Program-made: the position numbers and the translations under genes
In this document: positions 1 to 10,200 of the stretch, piece by piece
How the letters are laid out: every line of letters begins with the position of its first letter
Numbering within the stretch: the first letter of the stretch is position 1
The notes under the pieces: generated by a model
The model's input: the letters and a program-made list of their open reading frames with translations, nothing else
Database searches by the model: none
Told to the model about the DNA's origin: nothing
Assembly (NCBI GenBank): GCA_038243585.1
Contig: JBBSQY010000025.1
Span: forward strand, 1-45,629
From: Candidatus Sumerlaeales bacterium
Lineage (GTDB): Bacteria > Sumerlaeota > Sumerlaeia > Sumerlaeales > Sumerlaeaceae
Direction: 5' to 3'
Length of the DNA stretch: 45,629 nucleotides

Positions 1-51
1 CATATCAGGGACCAGGCGAATGCTCAGCCAGTCAATTAAGGGTGCGTTCAC
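1..51 (-). CDS. 5' fragment of a CDS running off the window start; N-terminus resembles DNA-processing protein DprA
   Basis: GTG at 51 reads MNAPLIDWLSIRLVPDM, similar to the 'WL.L..VPG.G' start typical of DprA; only 17 codons are visible. Confidence 0.3.
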   Translation of the reverse strand, partial: MNAPLIDWLSIRLVPDM

Positions 52-102
52 TTTGCATTAAGTCTCACTTCAGAATTTCACTTCTCGCCGGACAGCCGGT
101 TA

Positions 103-2334
103 CTACCGCAAAAACGCCTGTTCCAGCCCGCCGTCTACGGCAATTATCTGACCGCTGGTTTTGCTTAACCGATTCGACACCAACAGGAAGAACGCCTCCG
201 CCTGGTCCGCCGGAGTAATGGGTTCGCGCGTGATCGTGCGCTCAGCGTAAAACTGAGCCAGCTTGTTGCGCAGGTCCTCCGTGTTCTCCTCCTCAGAATA
301 AGCGATCTTGTATTTGGCCAGGCTGGAGATAACCCGATCGCGCGGGAACATATTGCTGCCCGCCACCACCGTGGCCGGAGCCACTCCGTTCACCCGCACC
401 AGCGGAGACAGTTCCATGGCCAGTTCGCGCACCAGGTGATTCGCAGCCGCTTTGCTCACGTCATAGGCAACGCTCCCCTTTTTGGCAACAACCGCGTTGG
501 CGCTGGTGGTCAGGGTCAGGGTGCCCTTCAGCCCCTGGGCCTCCCAAATCGTACGCGCTTCATCAGCCACAATGTAGCTGCCCGTCACGTTAATGGCAAA
601 CGTCAACGCCCACCGGTCATCCGGAATGTGTCCGCTGGTATCAGGTGGTACGAAAATCCCCGCCGTTACCACCACGTGATCAAACCCGCCATACGCCAAC
701 ACAACCTGCTGTAGCATGGCCGTCACGCTCGCGCGATCGGTAATGTCGCATTGCAGGCCAATGGCGTCGCCGCAGCCAGATATGCCGCTTCCCGCCACCC
801 CGATGCCCTCACCCACTTTCGCGATCAATTCGTCCGCCGTGGTCTGTGCAGCTGCCAGATCCCGGTCAACCGCCACCACCACCGCCCCTTCGCGGCTTAT
901 CCGGTGCGCAACCTCCCGGCCAATTCCGGAGCCCGCGCCAATCACCACCACGATCTGCCGGGCAAGCTCCTTCTCCGGCGGCATGCGCTTCAGCTTTGCC
1001 TCTTCCAGCAGCCAGTATTCAATATCAAACGCCTCTTGCTGCGGCAAGGCGATGTACTCATCTATGGCCTCGGCGCCGCGCATTACCTCTACGGCGCAAT
1101 TATAAAACTCCGCCGTAACGCGGCTTTCGCTTTTAGATTTTCCAAAAGCGACCATACCGATTCCCGGCAGCAGGATCACCGTCGGATTCGGATCACGCAT
1201 AGCTGGGCTGTTGTCATGGCGGCAGCGATCGTAATACGCCTTATAATCTTCGCGATACTGTTGCAGCCCCCTGGTCAGTTCCTCTTTAAGTGCGGCGACC
1301 ATGACTTCAAGATGCTCCGCAGAAGCCTGCGCCATAAAATCTGGTTTGATAGCCACATAAAGCGGTTTGATTTTCGTCCGCAGAAAATGGTCCGGACATG
1401 ACGTCCCCAGTTCCGCCAGGCGTTCCGCATCCTTCGAATTGACGAAACGTTGAATGGCCTCGCTGGTTTCAATAGTGGCAATCATCCTGCGCTCTCGGCT
1501 CACCTGGCCCCGCAACCATGGCAGAAGCTGGACCAGCAGCGCTTGGCGCATTTTCTCAGGCAGTGGCTTGTGAATCGATCCGCCAAACGCCGCCTCGTCG
1601 CCGCCCTTGGCCTGGTAGCGCTGGTCAATAAAATGCGACGCCCGTTCAATCAGGTCAAGAGACCGGTAGTAACAGGCTTTGTCGTCATCCGCCCAGTTGA
1701 TCAGACCATGCTGTCCCATCACCACACCGACAGCGTCCGGCTGCGATCGCGTCACTTCCTGCATCTGGAGTCCCAGTTCAAAACCCGGTCTAACCCATGG
1801 CAGATGAACAACGCTGTCACCGTAAATTTCCCGCGTAAGCTCAGCCGAGTTCCGGGCCGCCGCCACAGAAATGACCGCGTTGGGATGCGTATGATCCACA
1901 TGACGACGCGCCACAAACGCATGAAGCGGGGTGTCGATCGAAGGTGCCCTGGTGTTGAGGTTAAAATTAGTATGAGCAAAGAGACCCACCATGCCATCTT
2001 CTGCAGGGGTTTTTGGTCCTCGCACCGGCGTATCCGCATAGATTTCCTGCAGCGCCAGCAGCTTGTCCTGATATAACGAGGAAAAGTTCTCAGCCTTCGA
2101 CGTCCGCAGATCGCCGCCACTCCCCTTGACCCACAAAACCTCTACCGCCTGTCCCGTAAGCGGGTCTGTCTCCAGCGCCTTCGAAGAGGTATTTCCCCCG
2201 CCAGTGTTGGTTATCCGCTGATCCCTGCCCAACAGGTTAGACCGATAAACCAACCGGTTGACCGCATCAAAATCCGCAGCTTCATTATCGTTCCAAAGGT
2301 CATTAACAAACTTAAATTTTTCGTCAGCAGGCAC
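103..2334 (-). CDS. Bifunctional rhamnulose-1-phosphate aldolase / short-chain dehydrogenase (RhaEW type)
   Basis: N-terminal class II aldolase (GGGNTS, PSIDT, HTHP, CPDHFLRTK) fused to an SDR domain (GAGSGIG, YDVSK); RBS-like AAGGA upstream of the GTG start. Confidence 0.92.
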   Translation of the reverse strand: MPADEKFKFVNDLWNDNEAADFDAVNRLVYRSNLLGRDQRITNTGGGNTSSKALETDPLTGQAVEVLWVKGSGGDLRTSKAENFSSLYQDKLLALQEIYADTPVRGPKTPAEDGMVGLFAHTNFNLNTRAPSIDTPLHAFVARRHVDHTHPNAVISVAAARNSAELTREIYGDSVVHLPWVRPGFELGLQMQEVTRSQPDAVGVVMGQHGLINWADDDKACYYRSLDLIERASHFIDQRYQAKGGDEAAFGGSIHKPLPEKMRQALLVQLLPWLRGQVSRERRMIATIETSEAIQRFVNSKDAERLAELGTSCPDHFLRTKIKPLYVAIKPDFMAQASAEHLEVMVAALKEELTRGLQQYREDYKAYYDRCRHDNSPAMRDPNPTVILLPGIGMVAFGKSKSESRVTAEFYNCAVEVMRGAEAIDEYIALPQQEAFDIEYWLLEEAKLKRMPPEKELARQIVVVIGAGSGIGREVAHRISREGAVVVAVDRDLAAAQTTADELIAKVGEGIGVAGSGISGCGDAIGLQCDITDRASVTAMLQQVVLAYGGFDHVVVTAGIFVPPDTSGHIPDDRWALTFAINVTGSYIVADEARTIWEAQGLKGTLTLTTSANAVVAKKGSVAYDVSKAAANHLVRELAMELSPLVRVNGVAPATVVAGSNMFPRDRVISSLAKYKIAYSEEENTEDLRNKLAQFYAERTITREPITPADQAEAFFLLVSNRLSKTSGQIIAVDGGLEQAFLR

Positions 2335-2522
2335 CAGCAGAATCCTTTACATACACGGCTTAGTGAAAAATAGCACTACAATACCCCGGCGCTCATTCAA
2401 CGAAAATCATGGCTTGGGTCCCTTTTCGTCTGCATTGGGCTAAGTTGCGTGCCTTTGCTTATCTGAACAAAATTTCTGACTTGCGCCCTCGGTATTATAA
2501 CTACCCATTTTCTTATCTGCCT

Positions 2523-5411
2523 ATGAAAACCACACGTATTGTAATTTCCTATGTCGGCGCCTGCCATCAATTGCTGCGCATTGTTGCGGCCGTGGCCATT
2601 GCCGCGCTGCCAGTTCCGATAAACGCCACCGGCACGCTCACTCAGTTATTTGATCGTCCGGTCACTTCCAGCCTTAGCGCTGGAGCCCAGTTTTTCAATC
2701 CTGTAAAGCAAACCATGGGAACCACGCTTCCGGTCACTTCCGTGGTGGTCGATGAGTCCTCCACCAGCCTAGGGGCAGTCACCGTTCCAGAACCTCCCGG
2801 CAATGAGTCCGCACAGCCCGCACCCGTAGTCACTCCGGTCCCCGCGCCGTTTTCCCCCGCCCAGGTTGATCTGTCTCCCCGGGAAGAAACCGTTTCTCAA
2901 AATCTTCCTGTAAAGGTCGACGATTCCAGCACAGCGGCCCAGATGCTTCAGCTGGCAGAATTTGAAAGGCGTAACCAGATAGGCGAAGCCTTTTTGCTTG
3001 CCGTCGAGCTTGTTAATAAAAACCCTGCCGCCGAATTCGCTTACGACGCCGCCATACGGAATTCCCTCATTCTCGGGCTGGATGACGAAATTGAGCGTTT
3101 CTATCGGGAAGCCATAAAGCAAAGCTCTCTGCCCGGAAAGTACTACGTGCAACTGGCCCACTACTACCAGCGCACCGGTCGCATGGAACAGCTCCAGAAG
3201 CTCATATCTGATTATGCGAAATCCAGCAGCGCCGCCACAGACTACCGAATCACCCTCGCTCGCCTTTTCGCCGTCGCCGGCGACCAGGAGGCGCTGACAG
3301 CCCTTTTCGAAAAACAGGGATTTACCCCAAACGATATTTTCCCCTTGCTGCAAATCCAGATCAAAGCCTTTGCCGACGCAGGCGAAAATGACAAGGCCAC
3401 CTCTATTATTCTTTCGGCTCAACAGCGTGAGTTCGGAATGCCGCAGCAACGCCTTCTGCTTCAGGAAATTCTTCGACTTCAAAACCCGGATCCCATCCAT
3501 GTGATGAATCTTGTGCAGGGGTCATTATCTAACGAGACAAACTACCAGCAGGCCCGCATTGTGGCGGATAATGTGGTTCAGGAGGCCCAGCAGGGGCGCT
3601 ATTTCACCAGCCTGAACGATTACCTGACCAGCCAGGCACAAGAGCGCCGCCTCACCGATGTAGAACGCTGGATGCTCGCCCTTTTCACACAGAAGCAGGG
3701 GCGAGAGAAGGAAGCACTGGAAGTTCTGACGAATGAAACTGCCGGAAACACCCCGGTGATTTCTTTTGAACGCGCGCGCGCTCTTACGAAAGCCGGTCGC
3801 ACTATAGAAGCAGTCCCAATCCTCTCAACACTCCTCTCTGAACAGCCTGACGATCTTAATATCCGCCTGCTCCTCGCGGAAGAGATGAGCCGTCTGAAGC
3901 AGACGACCAACACCCTTCAACTTTTAGCGTCTCTCAGGTTCAGCGAACTACCGCCCGATGATCAATCCCGCTATGCGACCTTGATCATCTCGTCACATAT
4001 CAGCGATCGCGACACTAACCGCCTGCTGGAGTCCTGGGACGACCTTGCTCCACAGGCATCCTTTCCGGTGCTGCAGGCCATGGGTGATACAGTGGTGCGT
4101 GCCACTAGCGACGCCGGGTTTCGCGACCTCGTAGCCACCGCAGCCCTACGGCAGATTGAAAGCAGGCCCAATACCTGGCCGCTCTATCTTCTTCTGGCCC
4201 GCCTGAGCGCCGCCGAGCGCGAACCGGTGGCCGAGCTGAACTACTACCGTCAATATCTCGAGCGGGACCGCGACAACGTGCAGATGCTTCGCTTCGTTGC
4301 CGAGCTGGCCCTGCTTCACGCAAGCGTTCCGCTCACCTTTGGCCCCGAAAAAGCAGCCCCAAACAATTCTATTACCCTGCGCGCCAGCGAATCCGAGGCA
4401 ACCGCTGCAGCAGTGCAATTCTATCGCCGCTTAATTGATCTGCAACCGCGTCTGCCGGAAAACTACAGCGCCTTGATGCGAGCTTACCAGACCAGGGGCG
4501 AGATCGCCGCCGCAAAGAAAGTTGCACTGGAATTCGCAGACCGCTCAAGCAGCTCGGCATCCTCCCTTGCCTCCGCCGCAAATATGTTGGGAGACAATGG
4601 CTTTCTGGACGACGCCCTTTCCCTCTACCGCGCCGCCCTTCTCGCCGCCCCGGATCAATATGATATATGGATGAATTACGCGACCTCCCTCCGGCAGGCC
4701 GAAAAGTTCGAGCCCGCAAGAGACATCCTGAAAAAAATACTGGAAGAAGGGCTCCACGGGGTTCCGTTTAATCAGCCTGAAGTCTTCGCAAACCTGCTCG
4801 CTATGGCTCAGGATCAAGGCACTACCCCCGCCCTGATGGATTATCTGGACACCGTCCGCGCACAGCCCGTGCCAGGTAAACCGGAGTTTTATATCAGCTC
4901 TGCAAAGCTGCTGATGCAAATAGAAAGCCCGGAAAAAGCTCGTGAGTTCTTGGAGGAATTCGTCTCTCAGCATCCGGAAAGTCGGTTTATCGCTGACGGG
5001 AAACTACTCATTGGGCAGATTCAGTTCATGGATGGCGATATGGACGCGGCGCTTAAGACATTTAACCAGATTCATGATACCTACACGACCACTCCCGCCG
5101 CGATTACTGCAGCCTTCAACATCGCCGAAATCCAACGTCAGCAAGGCAATGTGGAGCAGGCTATAGAAACATGGGTTCAATTGGCGGAAGAACATCCAGA
5201 GAACGACAAGGCCCTCAGCGCAGTCCACGTCGCCGCACTTTCCGCGTGGAATGATCTAAAGAATCCTGCGCGGGCCATAGAACTTATGACGATTTTCGCC
5301 AACAGCGGCAGCCAGGATTTCGAGCTGGTCCAACAGGCGAGGCAAAGCCTTCAAAATATGAGTGCTGGTACACCCCCGATAACCTCTGCCCCAAAAAACC
5401 AGTCCGCCTGA
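2523..5411 (+). CDS. Large exported tetratricopeptide-repeat protein
   Basis: Signal-peptide-like N-terminus, Pro-rich linker, many helical TPR-like repeats; ATG 2523 preferred over 2409, start uncertain. Confidence 0.75.
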   Translation: MKTTRIVISYVGACHQLLRIVAAVAIAALPVPINATGTLTQLFDRPVTSSLSAGAQFFNPVKQTMGTTLPVTSVVVDESSTSLGAVTVPEPPGNESAQPAPVVTPVPAPFSPAQVDLSPREETVSQNLPVKVDDSSTAAQMLQLAEFERRNQIGEAFLLAVELVNKNPAAEFAYDAAIRNSLILGLDDEIERFYREAIKQSSLPGKYYVQLAHYYQRTGRMEQLQKLISDYAKSSSAATDYRITLARLFAVAGDQEALTALFEKQGFTPNDIFPLLQIQIKAFADAGENDKATSIILSAQQREFGMPQQRLLLQEILRLQNPDPIHVMNLVQGSLSNETNYQQARIVADNVVQEAQQGRYFTSLNDYLTSQAQERRLTDVERWMLALFTQKQGREKEALEVLTNETAGNTPVISFERARALTKAGRTIEAVPILSTLLSEQPDDLNIRLLLAEEMSRLKQTTNTLQLLASLRFSELPPDDQSRYATLIISSHISDRDTNRLLESWDDLAPQASFPVLQAMGDTVVRATSDAGFRDLVATAALRQIESRPNTWPLYLLLARLSAAEREPVAELNYYRQYLERDRDNVQMLRFVAELALLHASVPLTFGPEKAAPNNSITLRASESEATAAAVQFYRRLIDLQPRLPENYSALMRAYQTRGEIAAAKKVALEFADRSSSSASSLASAANMLGDNGFLDDALSLYRAALLAAPDQYDIWMNYATSLRQAEKFEPARDILKKILEEGLHGVPFNQPEVFANLLAMAQDQGTTPALMDYLDTVRAQPVPGKPEFYISSAKLLMQIESPEKAREFLEEFVSQHPESRFIADGKLLIGQIQFMDGDMDAALKTFNQIHDTYTTTPAAITAAFNIAEIQRQQGNVEQAIETWVQLAEEHPENDKALSAVHVAALSAWNDLKNPARAIELMTIFANSGSQDFELVQQARQSLQNMSAGTPPITSAPKNQSA

Positions 5412-5449
5412 TCGCCGCGTGGACTTCGTAGGCCTGTCAAAGTGGTTTT

Positions 5450-5507
5450 GTCTATCGTGTCCATATAATCCATTATGTCTATAAAGTCCATACTATCCAT
5501 CCCGTCC
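5450..5507 (+). repeat. Tandem array of RTCYAT hexamers with 9-bp period
   Basis: GTCTAT/GTCCAT/ATCCAT units start at 5450, 5459, 5468, 5477, 5486 and 5495, with partial GTCC at 5504. Confidence 0.8.
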
Positions 5508-7178
5508 CCCCCCGCCGCCCTCACCGGACGGCAGTGGTTTGCACTCCTTGCCATAATCGTTTGCGGCGGCCTTTCCCGCTTCCTCCTGCTCGACCGAATA
5601 CCTCCCGGCCTATGGTATGACGAAGCCCTCTACGCCCTTGATGGCTACCGTGTCAGCCAAGGCTATCTCGCTATCTTCTTTGATCAATATGGCCACCCTC
5701 GCGAGCCACTGTTTCCCTGGCTTCTTGGCCTCGCGTTTACCGTTTTTGAACCAACTGTTTTCATAGCCCGCTGCGTAAGCGCCGCCGGCGGAACCCTTGC
5801 GGTAATACTGTTCTTTCCCGTTGCCCGACGCTTTCTACCTGCCCACTGGGCCCTTGCAGCCACCGCCGCATTTGCCGTTTTCCGTTGGCACATTCACTTC
5901 AGCCGCACCATCTTTCGCGCCGGCCTTGCCTCTCCCATGGCGCTGCTCACGATATGGCTGTTTTTGCGATGGCGCGAGCGCCGCCGCTCCGTCGACGCCG
6001 CCCTGTGTGGCGTCGCCATGGGCGTTTGCCTTTACACATATATCAGCCTACGCATCATCCCTCTGCTCATCGGACTCTGGATCATCTGGCTGGCCGCAAA
6101 AGGCGCGCTTTCACTCCGACGGGAATACAAGCAAATCATTATTCTCTATGCCGCAACGCTCGTTACAGTCCTGCCTCTGGGAATCGATTACGTCCGGAAC
6201 CCCGAACACCTGTATGGCCGAACCGGCGAAGTTTCCATGTTTGAAAAGACCATAACACAGAGAATGCCAGATGGCACGAACCGCGATGTTCAGGCGCAAA
6301 AGACAGCTCAGGAAGCCCTCGCAGGCATTCTTGATAATGCAGTCAGCGTATCAAAAGCCTGGTTCATCTACGGCGACCATGTTCCCCGTCACAACATCCC
6401 CGGCCGCCCGGTGTTCGATCTCGCCACGGGCCTGTTTTTCGCCCTCGGGCTGTTGGTATGCATATGGTCAGTTATCCGGGCTGCAAGTCCCGCTCCCGCT
6501 ATGCTCCTCACCTGGTTTGGCGGGTTTGCCATGACCAGCGTGCTCAGCTTCGGCGCTCCCAATATTTTGCGAATGCAGGGGGCCTCTCCCGTCGTCGTTA
6601 TTATTATGATCATCGGCCTCCGCTATGTCACCATCGTCTGGCCTGCCGGAAAATCAGAAGCAGCCCGGCGCGCTCTCCCCGTGTGCGTCCTGCTGTTTTT
6701 CGCAGGCACACAGCTCAATGATTACTTCCGCGTATTTCCTAACGACTTGAAAGTCCGCAGCGCATTTACCACGGATATTTTTTACGAACCGGCCAAAGCC
6801 GTAGACGAAATTGCACGGACTGTGGATCAGGCGTACGTACCGGCGGAGTTAATGGAGTCTCTTCAGGTAAAGTTTGTCACGATCCGACGCGACAACCTCA
6901 CGCCATATACCCCGGAGAAGGCTCTCCCACCGCCGCTGGAAGGTCAATCCGCCGCATATCTCGTCACCATCCGGTCAGCGCAGCTTGCGGAACAGTCAGG
7001 CAACAATCATTCCCGAGACATTAAATCACTAGCAGGCGCGCGCCTGCTAAAGACCTTCTCAATCGCCCAGGAAAGTGAGCAGTTCGGCCGGCCGATAATC
7101 ACCTACCAACCATGGGCAACACTTTGGGTCGTGGAAAAAGAACAGGTCGGGCATCCCGCCTTCGATCATAAGTTTTAA
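5475..7178 (+). CDS. Membrane glycosyltransferase, GT-C fold (ArnT/PMT, GT39/GT83-like)
   Basis: PPGLWYDEA motif after the first TM helix, followed by multiple hydrophobic TM segments. Confidence 0.85.
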   Translation: MSIKSILSIPSPPAALTGRQWFALLAIIVCGGLSRFLLLDRIPPGLWYDEALYALDGYRVSQGYLAIFFDQYGHPREPLFPWLLGLAFTVFEPTVFIARCVSAAGGTLAVILFFPVARRFLPAHWALAATAAFAVFRWHIHFSRTIFRAGLASPMALLTIWLFLRWRERRRSVDAALCGVAMGVCLYTYISLRIIPLLIGLWIIWLAAKGALSLRREYKQIIILYAATLVTVLPLGIDYVRNPEHLYGRTGEVSMFEKTITQRMPDGTNRDVQAQKTAQEALAGILDNAVSVSKAWFIYGDHVPRHNIPGRPVFDLATGLFFALGLLVCIWSVIRAASPAPAMLLTWFGGFAMTSVLSFGAPNILRMQGASPVVVIIMIIGLRYVTIVWPAGKSEAARRALPVCVLLFFAGTQLNDYFRVFPNDLKVRSAFTTDIFYEPAKAVDEIARTVDQAYVPAELMESLQVKFVTIRRDNLTPYTPEKALPPPLEGQSAAYLVTIRSAQLAEQSGNNHSRDIKSLAGARLLKTFSIAQESEQFGRPIITYQPWATLWVVEKEQVGHPAFDHKF

Positions 7179-7239
7179 CGCGCAGTCAAAGGGTATCCGA
7201 GATCTCTTCACCATAGCGTTTCCGCCAATACAGTATCTA

Positions 7240-10200
7240 CTAGGGAGTCGAAATCTCCGGATCAGGTGTTACGTCCGCACTAAAGAATTTCCAACGACCC
7301 GAACCTTCGGATTTGGCTTGATACAGGGCAATATCGGCGTCGCGCAGCACCTCTTCAGGGTTTGCATAAGCAGTAGTTACTAGAGCAATTCCGGCACAGG
7401 CCGAAGTCAAAAGCTGATCATTGCCGTCGATTGGCTCAGCGATTAGCGCCTGCGCTCGCGTCAGAATCTGCAGGACATCGGCTTCGCTCTCCACGCTATC
7501 CAACACCAGCACAAACTCATCACCTGCAAATCTTGCAACGATATCATTCAGGCGAACGATTTCCTTAAGCCGTTGAGCGATAGCCACCAGCACGTTATCG
7601 CCCGCCAGATGACCGTGGCTATCATTAATTTCTTTGAAATTATCCAGATCCATAAATACGACGGCAAACCGATAGGAATCTCTCCTCCGCGCCCGGCCCA
7701 AACACTGCGCTACGTGTTCCATAAGGAAAGCTCGATTTGGAAGCCCGGTCAGCGGATCATGAAGAGTATCATGCAGCAGGCGTTCCTGCGTATGCACACG
7801 ATTAGTGATGTCTGTCTGGCTTCCGGCAATTCGTGTAGCCTGCCCATCCTTATCACGCACAGCCACGCCCCGTATCAGCATCCAGCGAAATCGCCCATCC
7901 TGATGCATTGTACGGACCTCTGATTCAAAATGCTCCGTTTTTCCGTCAAGATGATCCTGCATCAAACCCTTACTCGACTCGAGGTCGAATGGATGAATTC
8001 TTTCAAACCACTGCTCCGGATCAGTAAGACTGTCATCTGGACCAAGACCCAGCATCTCTCCCCAACGTTCGCTTAAGTAGATCGTGTTTTCTTGAAGGTT
8101 CCAATCCCAAAGCCCATCATTAGCGCCACGGGCAGAAAGCGCATATCGTTCTTCACTCGCCCGAAGCGCGATTTCAGTGCGCTTCTCATCCGTGATATCC
8201 CTCAAAATTCCCAGCGTGCCCACCGCGACGCCTAGCGCGTTCTCTACCTGAATAGACTGGTCGCTCACCCATCTCTCTTCTCCATCTCGCCGGCGGATTT
8301 TCATCACCGCCCGCCACCGGCTGTAGCTTCTGCTTCCGGTTTGATCAACTCGTCCGGAACAGGATGGATCCACCTGGAGTTCAATGGTGATTTCTTTTAG
8401 AAGAGCAGGCGTAATTTGATCTCGCGTGTAGCCTGTAATAGTCTCAATCTGACGATTAATAAAAAGGAATTCCTGCGTCGAATACTCCATCTGATAAGCT
8501 GCTGCTCCAGAGCTCTCGATGGCAAGCTGATAACGTTCTTCCCGATACCGCAACAGTTCCTGGGATGCCGTCCTGTTTAATGCCGCACCACAGTGTCCGG
8601 CTAGCGCCAAAAGCGTATCCAGATCGTTTCCGTCGTATGCCTGGTAGGCGTAACTCTGAAGTGATATAAAACCTGTAGGCCCGTCTTTCCCCGGTATGGG
8701 AGCCCAGATCATCGAAAGTGACGGGCGGGGAGAACGGGAAAGCGGTACGAAATTTTCGATTTCAACCGAATCTTCCCGTAGAAGAAGAAAGGGGCCCTCC
8801 GTTAAAACCCGCCGGGAAAAACCATTTGGCTTTTTGGAGTTGTTAGGTTCACGCATCCTTTCGCGTTTGCCATTAACGATGTCCGAGAGGTAAATATAGA
8901 CCAGGGTATCATCCTCCGCCGAATACAGAGCGACTACACAGCAATCCCATCCGGTCAGATCATCGGCCATAACAGCAATTTGCTCTGCCACCTCCTCAGC
9001 AGTCCCCGCCGCGCCCAGTTCCCTGCCCAGCCGCGCGAACACAGCGCCACGTCGTGCAGACTGAGCACTTTCAAAAGCCGGAGCCGCAAGGCTAACCACT
9101 TTCTGTACAAATTTTACATCATCCGGCTTATAGGCACCGGTCTCAAAACTTTGAACTGATATCAAGGCGAAGGTCTGATCACCATCCGAAACAGGGATAA
9201 ACATCATAGTTTGGGAAGACGATTCACATCGAGAAAAGGGAAATAATTCCTTATCGATATCTTCATCTGCATGCCGGAGGATAAGACTCGGACCTCCCTT
9301 GTAGATCTCTGAGTGGACGGAACTGGCAGATATTTCATGGTCCAGATCGGGCTGAAATTCCATCTCGCCATTAACCCGACATCCTCTGAGTTTATATCGG
9401 AATTTGGATTTCCCGCTCATTCTCATCGAACAAAAAAATGCGTCAACCGGCAGTCGGGCGGATACAGCATCAAAGAGAGCTCGAGCAATTTCATCAGACG
9501 TTCGGCTCGCGCTTAAAGCCAATCCAAGATGAGCCAGGTCAGTCGTTTCCCGTTCGATCCGCAACCGTTCAGAGATATCTCTCACTTCCGCCAGGAAAGC
9601 CCTGCCACCGTCACCCGGAAGTGAACCGACGCGTATCTCCACAGGTATCGGATCAGACCCCTCTCTGTGGACAGCTGTTTGAAAACTCGCCCCGTCCTGA
9701 CAAAACGGAAGATCAACAGACGCAGAATCATCTCCATTTTCATATTTTAACGCTACAGACAAGTGCTTTCCGAGCAGCTCATCCGAATGCATCCCTACGA
9801 GAGCGCAAGCCTTCTCGTTAACCAGCGTTATAAATTCGGAGTCATTGTAAACAAAAAGCGGATCAAGAGAATGCTCAACAAGCGCTTGAAACTGCTTCCG
9901 GCTTCTGTCAATCTCCCGTTGATGCTCAAGCTGTTCCGTAATATCAACGGCGATGCACAGGATAGCGTTTCGCTCATCTCCTTCAGTTAGAAAAGGGAGT
10001 TTGGTAACCTGGAACGATCGGTCATCGCCACTGGCCCCCATTACGGTCTGACAAGGCCGGTGGACCATTACAGCCTGGTTGATCACTTCCTCATCCTGTG
10101 CGATAATATCATCAGTGATTGCCGCGTCAGGCAGAATTGTCGAAACGTTTAGACCAATGATTTCGTTAACGGACAGCCCATGAAATTGCGCAAAAGCTTT

